From Verrucomicrobiota bacterium (GTDB lineage Bacteria > Verrucomicrobiota > Verrucomicrobiia > Limisphaerales > AAA164-E04), in the NCBI GenBank assembly GCA_047947115.1, contig CP170459.1, positions 1,984,001-2,048,000 of the forward strand: a stretch of DNA of 64,000 nucleotides, given 5' to 3'. The notes under the pieces were generated by a model. That model was not told the DNA's origin. It made no database searches and worked only from the letters and a program-made list of their open reading frames with translations. Shown here one piece after another: positions 50,055-60,029 of the stretch. The position numbers and the translations under genes are program-made. Position 1 is the stretch's first letter; the number at the start of each line of letters is the position of its first letter.

Positions 50055-52679
50055 TTATCGAATCACCCTGAAGAATCGGGCGGGCTGATCTGCCGTTAGT
50101 TGAACTTCACCCGAATCGCTGTTCAATGTGATTGTCTGGGCATCGGTCCATTCCATGAAATCTTCGGTTGATTGGATGGTATAGGTTTGTCCTGACTTTC
50201 CATGAACCGTAAATTTCAGGTTGCCGCCATCGCTGCTTACGCTGCTGATGGAAACTTCTTCCACGCCAGGAAGCCCTCCTTCCCAGTCTATTTGAAGAGC
50301 GCCCAGATAGGTGAAATGATTGCCGTTGTCGTTGTTGGGCCCGGGAGCGATATTGATGGTGATGGTGCCGTCTGAAGCCGGTTTCATGTTTTCGGCAATC
50401 GCTGTGCTATCAATATTACCTGCGACGTTCAGGTAAGTGATTGATTCGTTGCTTCCCGTGACCTTGTATTCGGTTTCCCGATTGTCGGTGGCGTTGCGTG
50501 ATCCATAAAAGGTCAGTGTGTAAGCGGTCGCAGGGTCGAGTCCTGTCAGTTGAAAACTGGGAAACACATCCACCAGTCCACTCCATTCCTCACTGTTTCC
50601 AAAAAGTGAATCCTGAGTGACGGTTGTGGGGTAGGGGGCCGCTTCAGTGGTTCCCGCCTGATTGACGCCGTTGAAACGTGCGAGCATTTGAATGCCGAAG
50701 CCTGTGTTCACGCCATTTACCGCAAGCAATCCGCTCAGCATCCCATTGTCCGTTTGGCCCACCGAGCCTTGGAAGTTGTTCCAGATATTCCCGTCAGCGT
50801 CTGCCACGGTTGCAAAGTCCGTGCCTCCCGCATCGATGAGAATCTGAGGTTTGAAGCTGGGCTGCCAATCGACGCGCATCGCGCCAAGGTATGTGAAGTG
50901 GTTGCCGTTGGTATTGTTGGGGCCGGGGCCCATTTCAATCAGGATTTCTTTGTTGGCGTCCGGGCGGATGTTTGAAACGGTGACGGTGCCGTCTGCATTG
51001 GAGGCTACGTTCAGATCTCCGGTTTTTGAATTGTTACCGGTAACGGTGTACCTTGTTTCACGGTTGTCGCCTGCTTCTCTGGAACCGAAAAAGGTGAAAT
51101 CATAGGCATTGTCAGCATCCAATCCGGTTAATTTGAAAGCGGGAAACACGTTTTCCTGTCCGCCGAATGGTTCGGTGTTGCCAAATAAAGAATCAGCGGT
51201 GGCTGATGCGGGGAACAGGGTGGAGGTTTGCAGTCCGGCTCGATTGACCCCGTTGAATCGTGAGACCATTTCAAGGCCGATATTAGTGCGGATGAATTCG
51301 GTTGAGATCAGACGTTCCATCTTGCCGTCGTTGGTGAGTCCGATCGATTCTTCGACATTGTTCCAACTTTCGGGTTCGGTTTGAACATCGATTTCCGTGG
51401 TGGTGCCGCCACCAAAATCAAAAAGATAGGTCAGGTTTTCACTCGGTGATTCGATCTTCAGAACCCCCAGATAAATGAAGTGATTCGCGTTGTTGTTGTT
51501 TGAGCCGGGCGTCATGTCCACCTGGATTTCCCCGAGGGAATTGGGCTGGATGCCGGCTGCGGTAACTGTTTCCGCAATGTTGTCGGCGACATTCAACGCC
51601 ACTTCTGCTGTGGAGGCTCCCGTCAGGGTGTAAAGCGTTTCGCGATTGTCTCCCGCCAGTCGGGATGCGTAAAAAGTGATGTCGTAACTTTTGGCGTCAT
51701 CCAATCCGCCAATGATGAAACTCGGAAGTATGTCCTCCAACCCGCTGAACACTTCCACATTTCCAAAAAGCGAATCAGAAGTCGCTGTCGCCGGAAAAAT
51801 GCCCGAGTCTGAAGTCCCAGATTGGTTGACTCCGTTGAATCGTGACAACATTTCTATGTACATGTTTGAAGAGTTGCCTTTTGTGGATACGACACCTTCG
51901 AAAATACCGTCATCGGTCTGTCCGACAGTGCCTGTGAAATTGTTCCACTGGATGGATTCTCCATCGGCGACCACCGTGGTTGTGGCGTCGTTGGCTCCAA
52001 AATCGATGAGAGCTGCCCAGCCGGCGGATGATTCGATCCCGAGAACACCAAGGTAGATGGTGTCGTTCCCGGCCGCATGGTTGCTGCCTTTGGTGAGGGT
52101 GATGAGGATCTCACCGAATCCATCCAAACCAATGCCCTCTGCTTGAACAGTGTTGTTGACGTTGCCTGAAGGATTCAGGGACACGGTCTGTGTGGTTGCC
52201 CCGGCCACGCGATATTGGGTTTCCCGGTTGTCTGTCGCTGTTGTGTCGGAGGCGTAGAAAGTCAGTGTATAGGTATCGCTGGAACCTTCGGTCCCGATAA
52301 TTGCCAGCGACGCTCCGCCCGAGTTGCGAATGAGTGAATCCGAACTGGCGGACGCGGGAAAGGTCGATGAACCGGTTGTTCCATCTGTATTGGGGGCGGC
52401 TTCAAAGAGCTGGTCAATCAGCAGGGCAATCCCTGTGTCGTTTCCCTCGGTGTCTGAAATAGGAATGTTGTCGAAGAAGCTGGAACCCGTGTCAGCATCG
52501 ACATTGTTCCAGAAGACCGGAGGTCGGGCGGTCTGATTGTCTCCTCCACCAAAGTCAAACAAGAGGGATTGAGTCTGGGCGAATGTTTGGATGTTCGCCT
52601 GCGTACAAAAGCAACTGATGATCACGGCATATAAAAGCCGACTTAGATGGTAATCATTGATATTCATTGTGTCTTTCAT
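50055..52679 (-). CDS. secreted protein of four tandem ~190-aa beta-rich repeats
   Basis: Signal peptide; DFG, WNN, DSL, TFY.S, DNRET.Y and YLG motifs each recur four times. Confidence 0.85.
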   Translation of the reverse strand: MKDTMNINDYHLSRLLYAVIISCFCTQANIQTFAQTQSLLFDFGGGDNQTARPPVFWNNVDADTGSSFFDNIPISDTEGNDTGIALLIDQLFEAAPNTDGTTGSSTFPASASSDSLIRNSGGASLAIIGTEGSSDTYTLTFYASDTTATDNRETQYRVAGATTQTVSLNPSGNVNNTVQAEGIGLDGFGEILITLTKGSNHAAGNDTIYLGVLGIESSAGWAALIDFGANDATTTVVADGESIQWNNFTGTVGQTDDGIFEGVVSTKGNSSNMYIEMLSRFNGVNQSGTSDSGIFPATATSDSLFGNVEVFSGLEDILPSFIIGGLDDAKSYDITFYASRLAGDNRETLYTLTGASTAEVALNVADNIAETVTAAGIQPNSLGEIQVDMTPGSNNNNANHFIYLGVLKIESPSENLTYLFDFGGGTTTEIDVQTEPESWNNVEESIGLTNDGKMERLISTEFIRTNIGLEMVSRFNGVNRAGLQTSTLFPASATADSLFGNTEPFGGQENVFPAFKLTGLDADNAYDFTFFGSREAGDNRETRYTVTGNNSKTGDLNVASNADGTVTVSNIRPDANKEILIEMGPGPNNTNGNHFTYLGAMRVDWQPSFKPQILIDAGGTDFATVADADGNIWNNFQGSVGQTDNGMLSGLLAVNGVNTGFGIQMLARFNGVNQAGTTEAAPYPTTVTQDSLFGNSEEWSGLVDVFPSFQLTGLDPATAYTLTFYGSRNATDNRETEYKVTGSNESITYLNVAGNIDSTAIAENMKPASDGTITINIAPGPNNDNGNHFTYLGALQIDWEGGLPGVEEVSISSVSSDGGNLKFTVHGKSGQTYTIQSTEDFMEWTDAQTITLNSDSGEVQLTADQPARFFRVIR

Positions 52680-52777
52680 GGCTGACTAAAAAGCTGCGGA
52701 TTGTCATACAATCCAACCCTTGGAATATAGGTGAATCGTGCTCGACCATGCAAGAAGGTAGAAGGTGGCGTCCTCTT

Positions 52778-52811
52778 TGAATAGTGAATTCAAAATGGTG
52801 AATAGTAAATT
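52778..52811. repeat. 13-bp direct repeat at 21-bp spacing with degenerate 7-mer periodicity; possible operator
   Basis: TGAATAGTGAATT (52778-52790) and TGAATAGTAAATT (52799-52811), ~100 bp upstream of the repeat-protein gene. Confidence 0.45.
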
Positions 52812-52869
52812 ATCTGGCAAGGGTGCCCGGTGAGAATGTGCCCTCCCGGCGCGTGCCTTGTGGTTTGCT

Positions 52870-52993
52870 TATAACGTTTGCCAGAAGTAATTTCAGAAAA
52901 AACTCTGTGCCACTGCGTCCCCTAGCGCAGCGGGCGTGAGAATAAGAAGCAACAGCGAGCCGTTATGCGCACATACTTTTGGCAATCAGTATA
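52870..52993. mobile_element. MITE-like element, copy 2 (124 bp)
   Basis: Differs from 34739-34861 by about 9 substitutions and 1 indel (manual alignment); same TATA-ended inverted repeats. Confidence 0.8.
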
Positions 52994-53122
52994 GTTCCAA
53001 TTGCCTTTCAAAGGAAAACCCCTGGGCATCGGCTTCCCCCGCATCCCTATCGATTGGCACTACCTGAGGTTGCCGTAGGGTAAATGTGGCGTCCTGCCAC
53101 GCCCCAGAGGGAAGGGGGAGAA

Positions 53123-53542
53123 TCAAATATAATACATTTCCCGGGTTTGATTGTCCTCTTCGAGGATTTGCTGGAAATTGACCGATTCAGCTTTTTGATC
53201 CAGCGTGGTTTGCATATCAGACCAGACTTTTCGAAGTGCCTGAGGACATTCCTTGCTTTGAAGGGCTGCGGGTTCGAAGACCGCTCCATGGATGCACCGC
53301 AAAATCTCGGCCAAGGTTATTTCCTCAGGGGCTTTATTCAGCATGTAACCGCCCTCTTTGCCTCGAATACTTTTTACGATTCTTTGACCCTTCAGTTCGA
53401 TGAGAATCTGTACAAGATAGTTCTGAGGAATGCTTTGCTCCTTTGCCAGATCTTCAACTCGAACGGATTTTCCTGACGGATACTGGCGGGCCAACCCCAG
53501 TACCGCCCGTGCCGCATAATCGCTTTTGACGGATAACTTCAC
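53123..53542 (-). CDS. Rrf2-family transcriptional regulator
   Basis: MKLSVKSDYAARA, IPQNYLVQIL, SIRGKEGGYML; lacks the three-Cys Fe-S ligand set. Confidence 0.92.
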   Translation of the reverse strand: MKLSVKSDYAARAVLGLARQYPSGKSVRVEDLAKEQSIPQNYLVQILIELKGQRIVKSIRGKEGGYMLNKAPEEITLAEILRCIHGAVFEPAALQSKECPQALRKVWSDMQTTLDQKAESVNFQQILEEDNQTREMYYI

Positions 53543-53705
53543 TTTGGCACATCATGCCTCAACCCCTCCAGGAGGGCAATCATTGAGTCTTTGTTTTCTG
53601 GTTTGACATAAGCTGGTTCGAGAAAATCCGGAATGGCAGGTCGGGGTGGTTTGCCACTGCAGTGTGGTGTTTGACCTCGAACGCTATTGTGGTTACGGTT
53701 TCCAG

Positions 53706-54611
53706 ATGCAGTTATGGGTCAATGGTGAACAGGTTGCTCCGGAATGGATCGAAGAAGAATTTGCTCAGATCAAGTCCTGGCACGAACAGCGCAGTCAGGT
53801 GAGTTGCTGTGAGCGAGACGACGAGTTTCGTTCACAAGCCAAGTCCAATGTGGTTGGGCGGCTATTGCTGAATCAAACCGCGGATCGGGAAATGCCCGAT
53901 CCCTCTCCAGCCGAGATTGGGAAAGCTTTGGAACAGTTGCACGCGGATTACGGGGGTGAGGACGCCTTCAAGGCTGCTATGGGAATTCAAGAAGGCCAAT
54001 CCGATTTTGTTCAACGCCAGATCACCGTCAATCTCAAAGTCGATCAACTGATCCACAACGTCTGTGGTGATATTGACTCCCCCTCTGAGGAAACGTTAAA
54101 GCAATATTTTGAGCGGCATCCGGAAGCCTATACGACCGAAAAAAAGGTCCGAGCCCTGCACATTTTCAAATCCCTTCGCCAGACCGAAGATAAGGAGCAA
54201 TTGTTCAAGGAGTGTTGCGCGGTTCGGGAAAGACTTGTTGCGGGTGAGGATTTTGAGACGATCGCTCGCGAGTTTTCCGACAAGCCTGCCGAGGAAATTG
54301 ACCTGGGGTTTTTCAAGCGCGGGGAGTTGATGGATGAGTTCGAGTTTGTCGCATTTTCCATGGGCATCGGTGAGGTCAGTCCGGTTTTCTCATCTTTTCA
54401 TGGTTTTCATCTGGCGAAGGTCATCGAAATTCAGCCTTCCACACTTCAACCGTTTGAAGAAGTCAAGGATGCCGTCAAAGATGCGTGGATTCAGCAGACC
54501 CGATCTGAGAAGATCGAGGACTATATGGAAAAGTTGAGAGCCAAAGCTGACATTAAGGAAATTGATGATGAAAAAGAGGGCGGAGCTGGCGAATCCTCAT
54601 CCGTGGATTGA
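53706..54611 (+). CDS. parvulin-type peptidyl-prolyl isomerase with an N-terminal SurA/PrsA-like helical domain
   Basis: VRALHI, FETIAREFSD, DLGFFKRG, EVSPVF.SFHGFHL; no signal peptide; start ATG 53706. Confidence 0.85.
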   Translation: MQLWVNGEQVAPEWIEEEFAQIKSWHEQRSQVSCCERDDEFRSQAKSNVVGRLLLNQTADREMPDPSPAEIGKALEQLHADYGGEDAFKAAMGIQEGQSDFVQRQITVNLKVDQLIHNVCGDIDSPSEETLKQYFERHPEAYTTEKKVRALHIFKSLRQTEDKEQLFKECCAVRERLVAGEDFETIAREFSDKPAEEIDLGFFKRGELMDEFEFVAFSMGIGEVSPVFSSFHGFHLAKVIEIQPSTLQPFEEVKDAVKDAWIQQTRSEKIEDYMEKLRAKADIKEIDDEKEGGAGESSSVD

Positions 54612-54649
54612 CAACTATATGCTCTTCCTTGAGATGCTTTCTGAAAAAT

Positions 54650-54680
54650 AAATCGGCACCCGTTTCCGGGTGCCGATTTT
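54650..54680 (+). terminator. terminator hairpin, possibly bidirectional
   Basis: AAATCGGCACCCG-TTTC-CGGGTGCCGATTT 13-bp perfect stem. Confidence 0.75.
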
Positions 54681-55209
54681 CCCCACTAATGTACCATTCA
54701 CCAGACTTCCTTGGCGTCTACTCACTGAAAGCCACTTCGACCCCCAGCGTTTTCAGGTACAAAAATTAAATTCTCAACGAACAACTTCCTCATATCTAGC
54801 ATTTCAGATTCCATTTTCAGATATGAGAATGCCAGAGATTTTTCTGTGGATATTTAATCAAGATGGCTTTTTTTGAGCACGATGAAGTATTTTTCTCAGT
54901 GAGAATTGGCTGCGTGAAGAGAAGGCAAGCGCATTATTCTTAAAATATTTCTTAGAGATGCGAATCGGATTTCAAAGGATCAAGCACTCCATGGTTGGAA
55001 CAGATTAGGTGGTGTTCTGAATCAGTCAGGGAAGCCTTCTCTGTGGATTTTATATGGAGATGATCTATGAGGAATGGTAAACGGGGGTCTTGGAAGTTGA
55101 GTTTTTGCTCAATCTTTGGCATCATATTTGCAAACAGAGGCTTAAAGAGGCGCGTGCTCGATTTGTGTGTAAACGCGTCGATCACGAATCTGCAATCGAA
55201 CCATGGCGG

Positions 55210-56052
55210 CTATGCTTCGAATTCCACCACAATGGTGGTGATGTTGTCTCTCCCTGAAGCGTCAAGTGATTCTCTGACAATACGTTCAGATGGTATCATG
55301 TTCTGTAGATAAGGGGGAGGGGTGACCACTGTTTTCTGAATGGCATAGTTTGACAAGCCATCGGTTACGCCGTCTGTGCAAAAGACCAGCTTGTCGCCTG
55401 CGTTTAAGTCGAGATAACCTAACTGAGGCTGGTCGAAGCCTTTACCGCTCCCGATGCATTTTTCCAGAACGTGATAGGATTTGTCCCGCTTGGCTTCGGC
55501 CGGCGTGAGTTTTCCTTCCCGGACTTTGCGTGCCGCCACGGTGTGATCTTCCGTTATCTGAATAATGTCCTGCCCTGCGGGGATTTGATAAATCCTGCTG
55601 TCTCCCAAGTGAGCAAAATGCAAACGACTCCCGTCGACCCATCCCAAGCTTAACGTGGCTCCCATATTGCGGCATTCCTGGTAGTATCTTGAGATTTCGA
55701 TGATGGCAGTGTGGATTTCTTCACAAAATGCCGTTAACAATTCCTGGTGATTGATTTGGATTGATTTTTTCCCCTGATGAAATTTGCGTGAAATGAGTTT
55801 GGAGATCGATTTCAGAGCCGATTGACTGGCGTATTCACCTGCCTGTGCGCCCCCGATACCGTCACTGACGGCAAAAATGAAATGATTTGAATCCAGCGGG
55901 AAATCTCCAACTTTTCCAAGGTATTGCAGTTCCTGTAAGTCGAACTTGACCAACAGGAAAGCATCTTCGTTGTTGGGGCGAAACCGGCCTGGATTGGTCT
56001 CGGCGGTCCATTTGACCTCGCGGATGGCTTGGCGGGCGGAGTTTTGGCTCAT
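55210..56052 (-). CDS. PP2C/PPM-family Ser/Thr protein phosphatase
   Basis: GRFRPNNEDAF, AVSDGIGG, MGATL, HLGDSRIY, TEDHT, CTDGVTDG, GRDNIT. Confidence 0.95.
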   Translation of the reverse strand: MSQNSARQAIREVKWTAETNPGRFRPNNEDAFLLVKFDLQELQYLGKVGDFPLDSNHFIFAVSDGIGGAQAGEYASQSALKSISKLISRKFHQGKKSIQINHQELLTAFCEEIHTAIIEISRYYQECRNMGATLSLGWVDGSRLHFAHLGDSRIYQIPAGQDIIQITEDHTVAARKVREGKLTPAEAKRDKSYHVLEKCIGSGKGFDQPQLGYLDLNAGDKLVFCTDGVTDGLSNYAIQKTVVTPPPYLQNMIPSERIVRESLDASGRDNITTIVVEFEA

Positions 56053-56465
56053 TTATTTTGTATGACTTCTTCCTGGGTTAGACCTTCCCCAGAATCCTTG
56101 AGGGTGGCGAATTCAAAGTCAATAATACAAAATCGTCCCAGTTGAGCGCTATAGGTAACATTGCGGGCAAACGGGTCATCATGTACGACACCATACTGTT
56201 CCAGCTCGTTGAAAAGGGACTTTAGCTTGGATTCGCTCAGACTTACAACAATCGCACCCACATTGGTGGTTATCAGGTAAAGTTCATCGGGATCAGCAAA
56301 GATCACTTCAGGGACGAACGGACAGCCCTTTTGTTTCAAATGTTCCAAGATGTGCACTTCATTCTCAAAGCGCTTCTTGGCATATTTCCCCAAAAACCGT
56401 TTGTGAACGCGACCATCGAATCCAATGTGAACGGTGGACCGCGGTGTGTTCTTCATTTCTCGCAT
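56049..56465 (-). CDS. minimal protein-kinase-like protein (~138 aa)
   Basis: VHK (beta3 Lys), FENE (alphaC Glu), VHDDPFARN (catalytic loop), IIDFE (Mg-binding); stop overlaps the PP2C start (ATGA). Confidence 0.8.
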   Translation of the reverse strand: MREMKNTPRSTVHIGFDGRVHKRFLGKYAKKRFENEVHILEHLKQKGCPFVPEVIFADPDELYLITTNVGAIVVSLSESKLKSLFNELEQYGVVHDDPFARNVTYSAQLGRFCIIDFEFATLKDSGEGLTQEEVIQNK

Positions 56466-56546
56466 GCCAAATGATGGATACCTCCATTCCGTGGAAATAT
56501 CCAGCCTTGATCGTAATAAACGGTCCTTCCAAAAATAATTTGAGTG

Positions 56547-56563
56547 CTGGTAAGCTTTTTGCT
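56547..56563 (+). promoter_or_regulatory. sigma54-type -24/-12 promoter of glnII
   Basis: CTGG-TAAGCTTTTT-GCT has exact GG-N10-GC spacing with TTGCT, ~70 bp upstream of glutamine synthetase. Confidence 0.7.
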
Positions 56564-56630
56564 TAACTTTAGGCTCGGCTGCTGATGAAGCGCCCTTGTG
56601 ATAAGAAAATCCAAATTGATTGACTCATAT

Positions 56631-57644
<1,014 letters not shown>

Positions 57645-57668
57645 TCTTGAAATATCCATTTTACCCAC

Positions 57669-57704
57669 AAACCTTCCATCCAAATGCGGATGGAAGGTTT
57701 TTTT
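57669..57704 (+). terminator. intrinsic terminator after glnII
   Basis: AAACCTTCCATCC-AAATGC-GGATGGAAGGTTT followed by TTTT. Confidence 0.88.
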
Positions 57705-57865
57705 GTGTTCGCTCATAAACAGAAGAAATGATCGGATAAGGTCCAGCGCATTCATTCATGGTGGCGCCGGTTCGCAAATGCATTGGTATAGCTGGGGTTC
57801 CAACCCCATTTTTTTGTCATCAAAGTGGCAATTTTTGGTCTGCTCCCGATGAAAAAATTGCCTCA

Positions 57866-58262
57866 GTATTGGCCGATCGCAAGCGCCTCCAACAAGTCTT
57901 GATCAATCTGGTCAACAACGGAATCAAATAGAATCGAAAGGGAGGGCGTTTGTCATTTACAGTGATCGTTTTTCCTCAGGCCCCGTCCAGATTAAAATTC
58001 AAGACACCGGAAACGGCATATCCTCCGAGAATCAAAGGCGATTGTTCAACCCGTTTGATCGATTGGATGTTGATCAAAGCGATGAAAAGATTGAAGGCAC
58101 CAGGCTGGGACTGTCGATCAGGAAGAAGTTGGTGGAGTGTATGGGGCCAGTATTCATGTCACATCTAAGGAAGGAAAGAGTTCTGCTTTTACCGTCGAAT
58201 TGAACCGAATTGCAGGGGAGTCGACTCTTGTTGAGGGGGGGGGCGAGCAACGTAACCTTTAA
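57866..58262 (+). pseudogene. histidine kinase HATPase_c remnant with one in-frame stop and two frameshifts
   Basis: VLADRKRLQQVLINLVNNGIK*NRKGG (N box, TAG at 57929); next frame IQDTGNGI…LFNPFDRL…EGTRLGLSI (G1, F, G2); third frame IHVTSKEGKSSAFTVEL. Confidence 0.88.
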
Positions 58263-58303
58263 AAGGTGTTTGAAAGTTTCTGATCCTTTGACATCCTGGA
58301 GGC

Positions 58304-59767
58304 ATGTACCTTTTGCGCTTATTTCAAGTTCATTGGCTGCTTTTTATTGCTGCGTCTGTTCAGGCCGTCGAACGTCCGAATGTGCTGTTCATTTTGGTGG
58401 ATGACCTCGGTTACATGGATATTGGCGTCAACAACCCGGACACTTTCTACGAAACCCCCAACATTGATCGATTGGCCGGGGAAGGAATCAGGTTTACCAA
58501 CGGTTACGCTGCAAACCCTGTCTGCAGTCCGACCCGATACAGCATCATGACCGGTAAACATCCCTCACGTGTGGATGCCACGAATTTCTTTGACGGAACC
58601 CGAGGAGGTCGGTTCAAACCGGCGGCACTCAATGATCGCATGCCCCTTTCCGAGATCACTCTGGCGGAAGCTTTCCAGGAAGCGGGTTATGCCACGTTTT
58701 TTGCCGGCAAATGGCACCTGGGCCCGACTGAAGAATTCTGGCCTGAACACCAGGGCTTCGATGTGAACAAAGGCGGTTGGCGGGCTGGGGGGCCATTCCA
58801 GGCAGGCAAATACTTTTCGCCATATGCCAATCCAAGACTGGAAGACGGACCTGAAGGGGAACACCTGCCGCATCGTCTGGCTTCTGAAACCATTGAGTTC
58901 ATTAAAAACCATCAACAAGGAAACTTCCTCGCCTATTTGTCCTTTTATTCCGTGCACACTCCATTGTTGGCACCCCTGCATCTGGTAAAGAAGTACCAGG
59001 AAAAAGCTGAACGATTGGGGCTGGCAGATAAAGAGGCATTCCGGAAAGAGGAACAGGTCTGGCCCAACGCCAAACAAGGCCGGAAGGTTCGTTCGCTTCA
59101 GTCACATGCGGTCTATGCCGCCATGATGGAAGCCATGGATGCCAATGTGGGACGTGTTCTCGATGCCTTGAAAGAACTGGATCTGGATGATTCCACCATC
59201 GTGTGTTTCATGTCCGATAACGGAGGGTTGTCCACCTCCGAAGGATCCCCCACTTCCAATCTGCCCCTGCGTGGCGGCAAGGGGTGGCTTTACGAAGGCG
59301 GGATACGTGAGCCTTACATCATCAAGTGGCCGGGTATGAGCCGTCCCGGTGGCACCAGTGCCTACCCGGTCGTGAGCATGGATTTTTATCCAACCCTGCT
59401 GGATCTGGCTGGGTTGCCCCTAAAGCCCGAACAACACCTTGATGGCGTATCCCTCGCTCCCATACTTAAGGGGGGCGCTGCGCCTTATCGCTCGGCTCTT
59501 TATTGGCACTATCCTCATTACAGCAACCAGGGAGGATTTCCCGGTGGAGCCATTCGTGAAGGGGATTGGAAATTCATCGAACGGTTCGAAGACGGGCGTG
59601 CCCACCTCTATAACCTTCGAGACGATATCGGTGAAACCAGAGACGTGATCGAACTCCATCCCGACAAAAGCGAACGAATGCGAGCCAGTCTGCACGCATG
59701 GTATCAGGAAGTGGACGCCAAATTTCTTGAACCCAAAGAGGATGGCCCGATGCCGTGGAGGCCATGA
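58304..59767 (+). CDS. sulfatase (S1)
   Basis: Signal peptide, PNVLFILVDDLG, CSPTR, GKWHLG, SDNGG, GKGWLYEGGIR. Confidence 0.96.
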   Translation: MYLLRLFQVHWLLFIAASVQAVERPNVLFILVDDLGYMDIGVNNPDTFYETPNIDRLAGEGIRFTNGYAANPVCSPTRYSIMTGKHPSRVDATNFFDGTRGGRFKPAALNDRMPLSEITLAEAFQEAGYATFFAGKWHLGPTEEFWPEHQGFDVNKGGWRAGGPFQAGKYFSPYANPRLEDGPEGEHLPHRLASETIEFIKNHQQGNFLAYLSFYSVHTPLLAPLHLVKKYQEKAERLGLADKEAFRKEEQVWPNAKQGRKVRSLQSHAVYAAMMEAMDANVGRVLDALKELDLDDSTIVCFMSDNGGLSTSEGSPTSNLPLRGGKGWLYEGGIREPYIIKWPGMSRPGGTSAYPVVSMDFYPTLLDLAGLPLKPEQHLDGVSLAPILKGGAAPYRSALYWHYPHYSNQGGFPGGAIREGDWKFIERFEDGRAHLYNLRDDIGETRDVIELHPDKSERMRASLHAWYQEVDAKFLEPKEDGPMPWRP

Positions 59768-60029
59768 TTTGTAACATATTACAACGCATTGTGATGTGTC
59801 TTTGAAGGAGGGGATGCTTCGGCATAAGTTGAGACCCTCGAAGAACAGGATTTCACCAGTTAGTTTCAAGGAAGGTATGCCGACACAAAGAACTGTCTTT
59901 CTTTCTTCCAAGCCTCAATGGAAACAATTCTAGCCTTGCCATTACCAAATCCGAGGGCATGATCCTTTTCGTTTCCATACCAACGGGTGTCCACTGGAAC
60001 CCAGTGATTCGATTTCAAAGTAAAAGGAC

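Noticed and set aside
57929..57931. TAG read-through or recoding in the histidine-kinase fragment
   Set aside because: Two frameshifts and a degraded G2 box accompany it, and TAG terminates other genes in the window normally, so this is ordinary decay.
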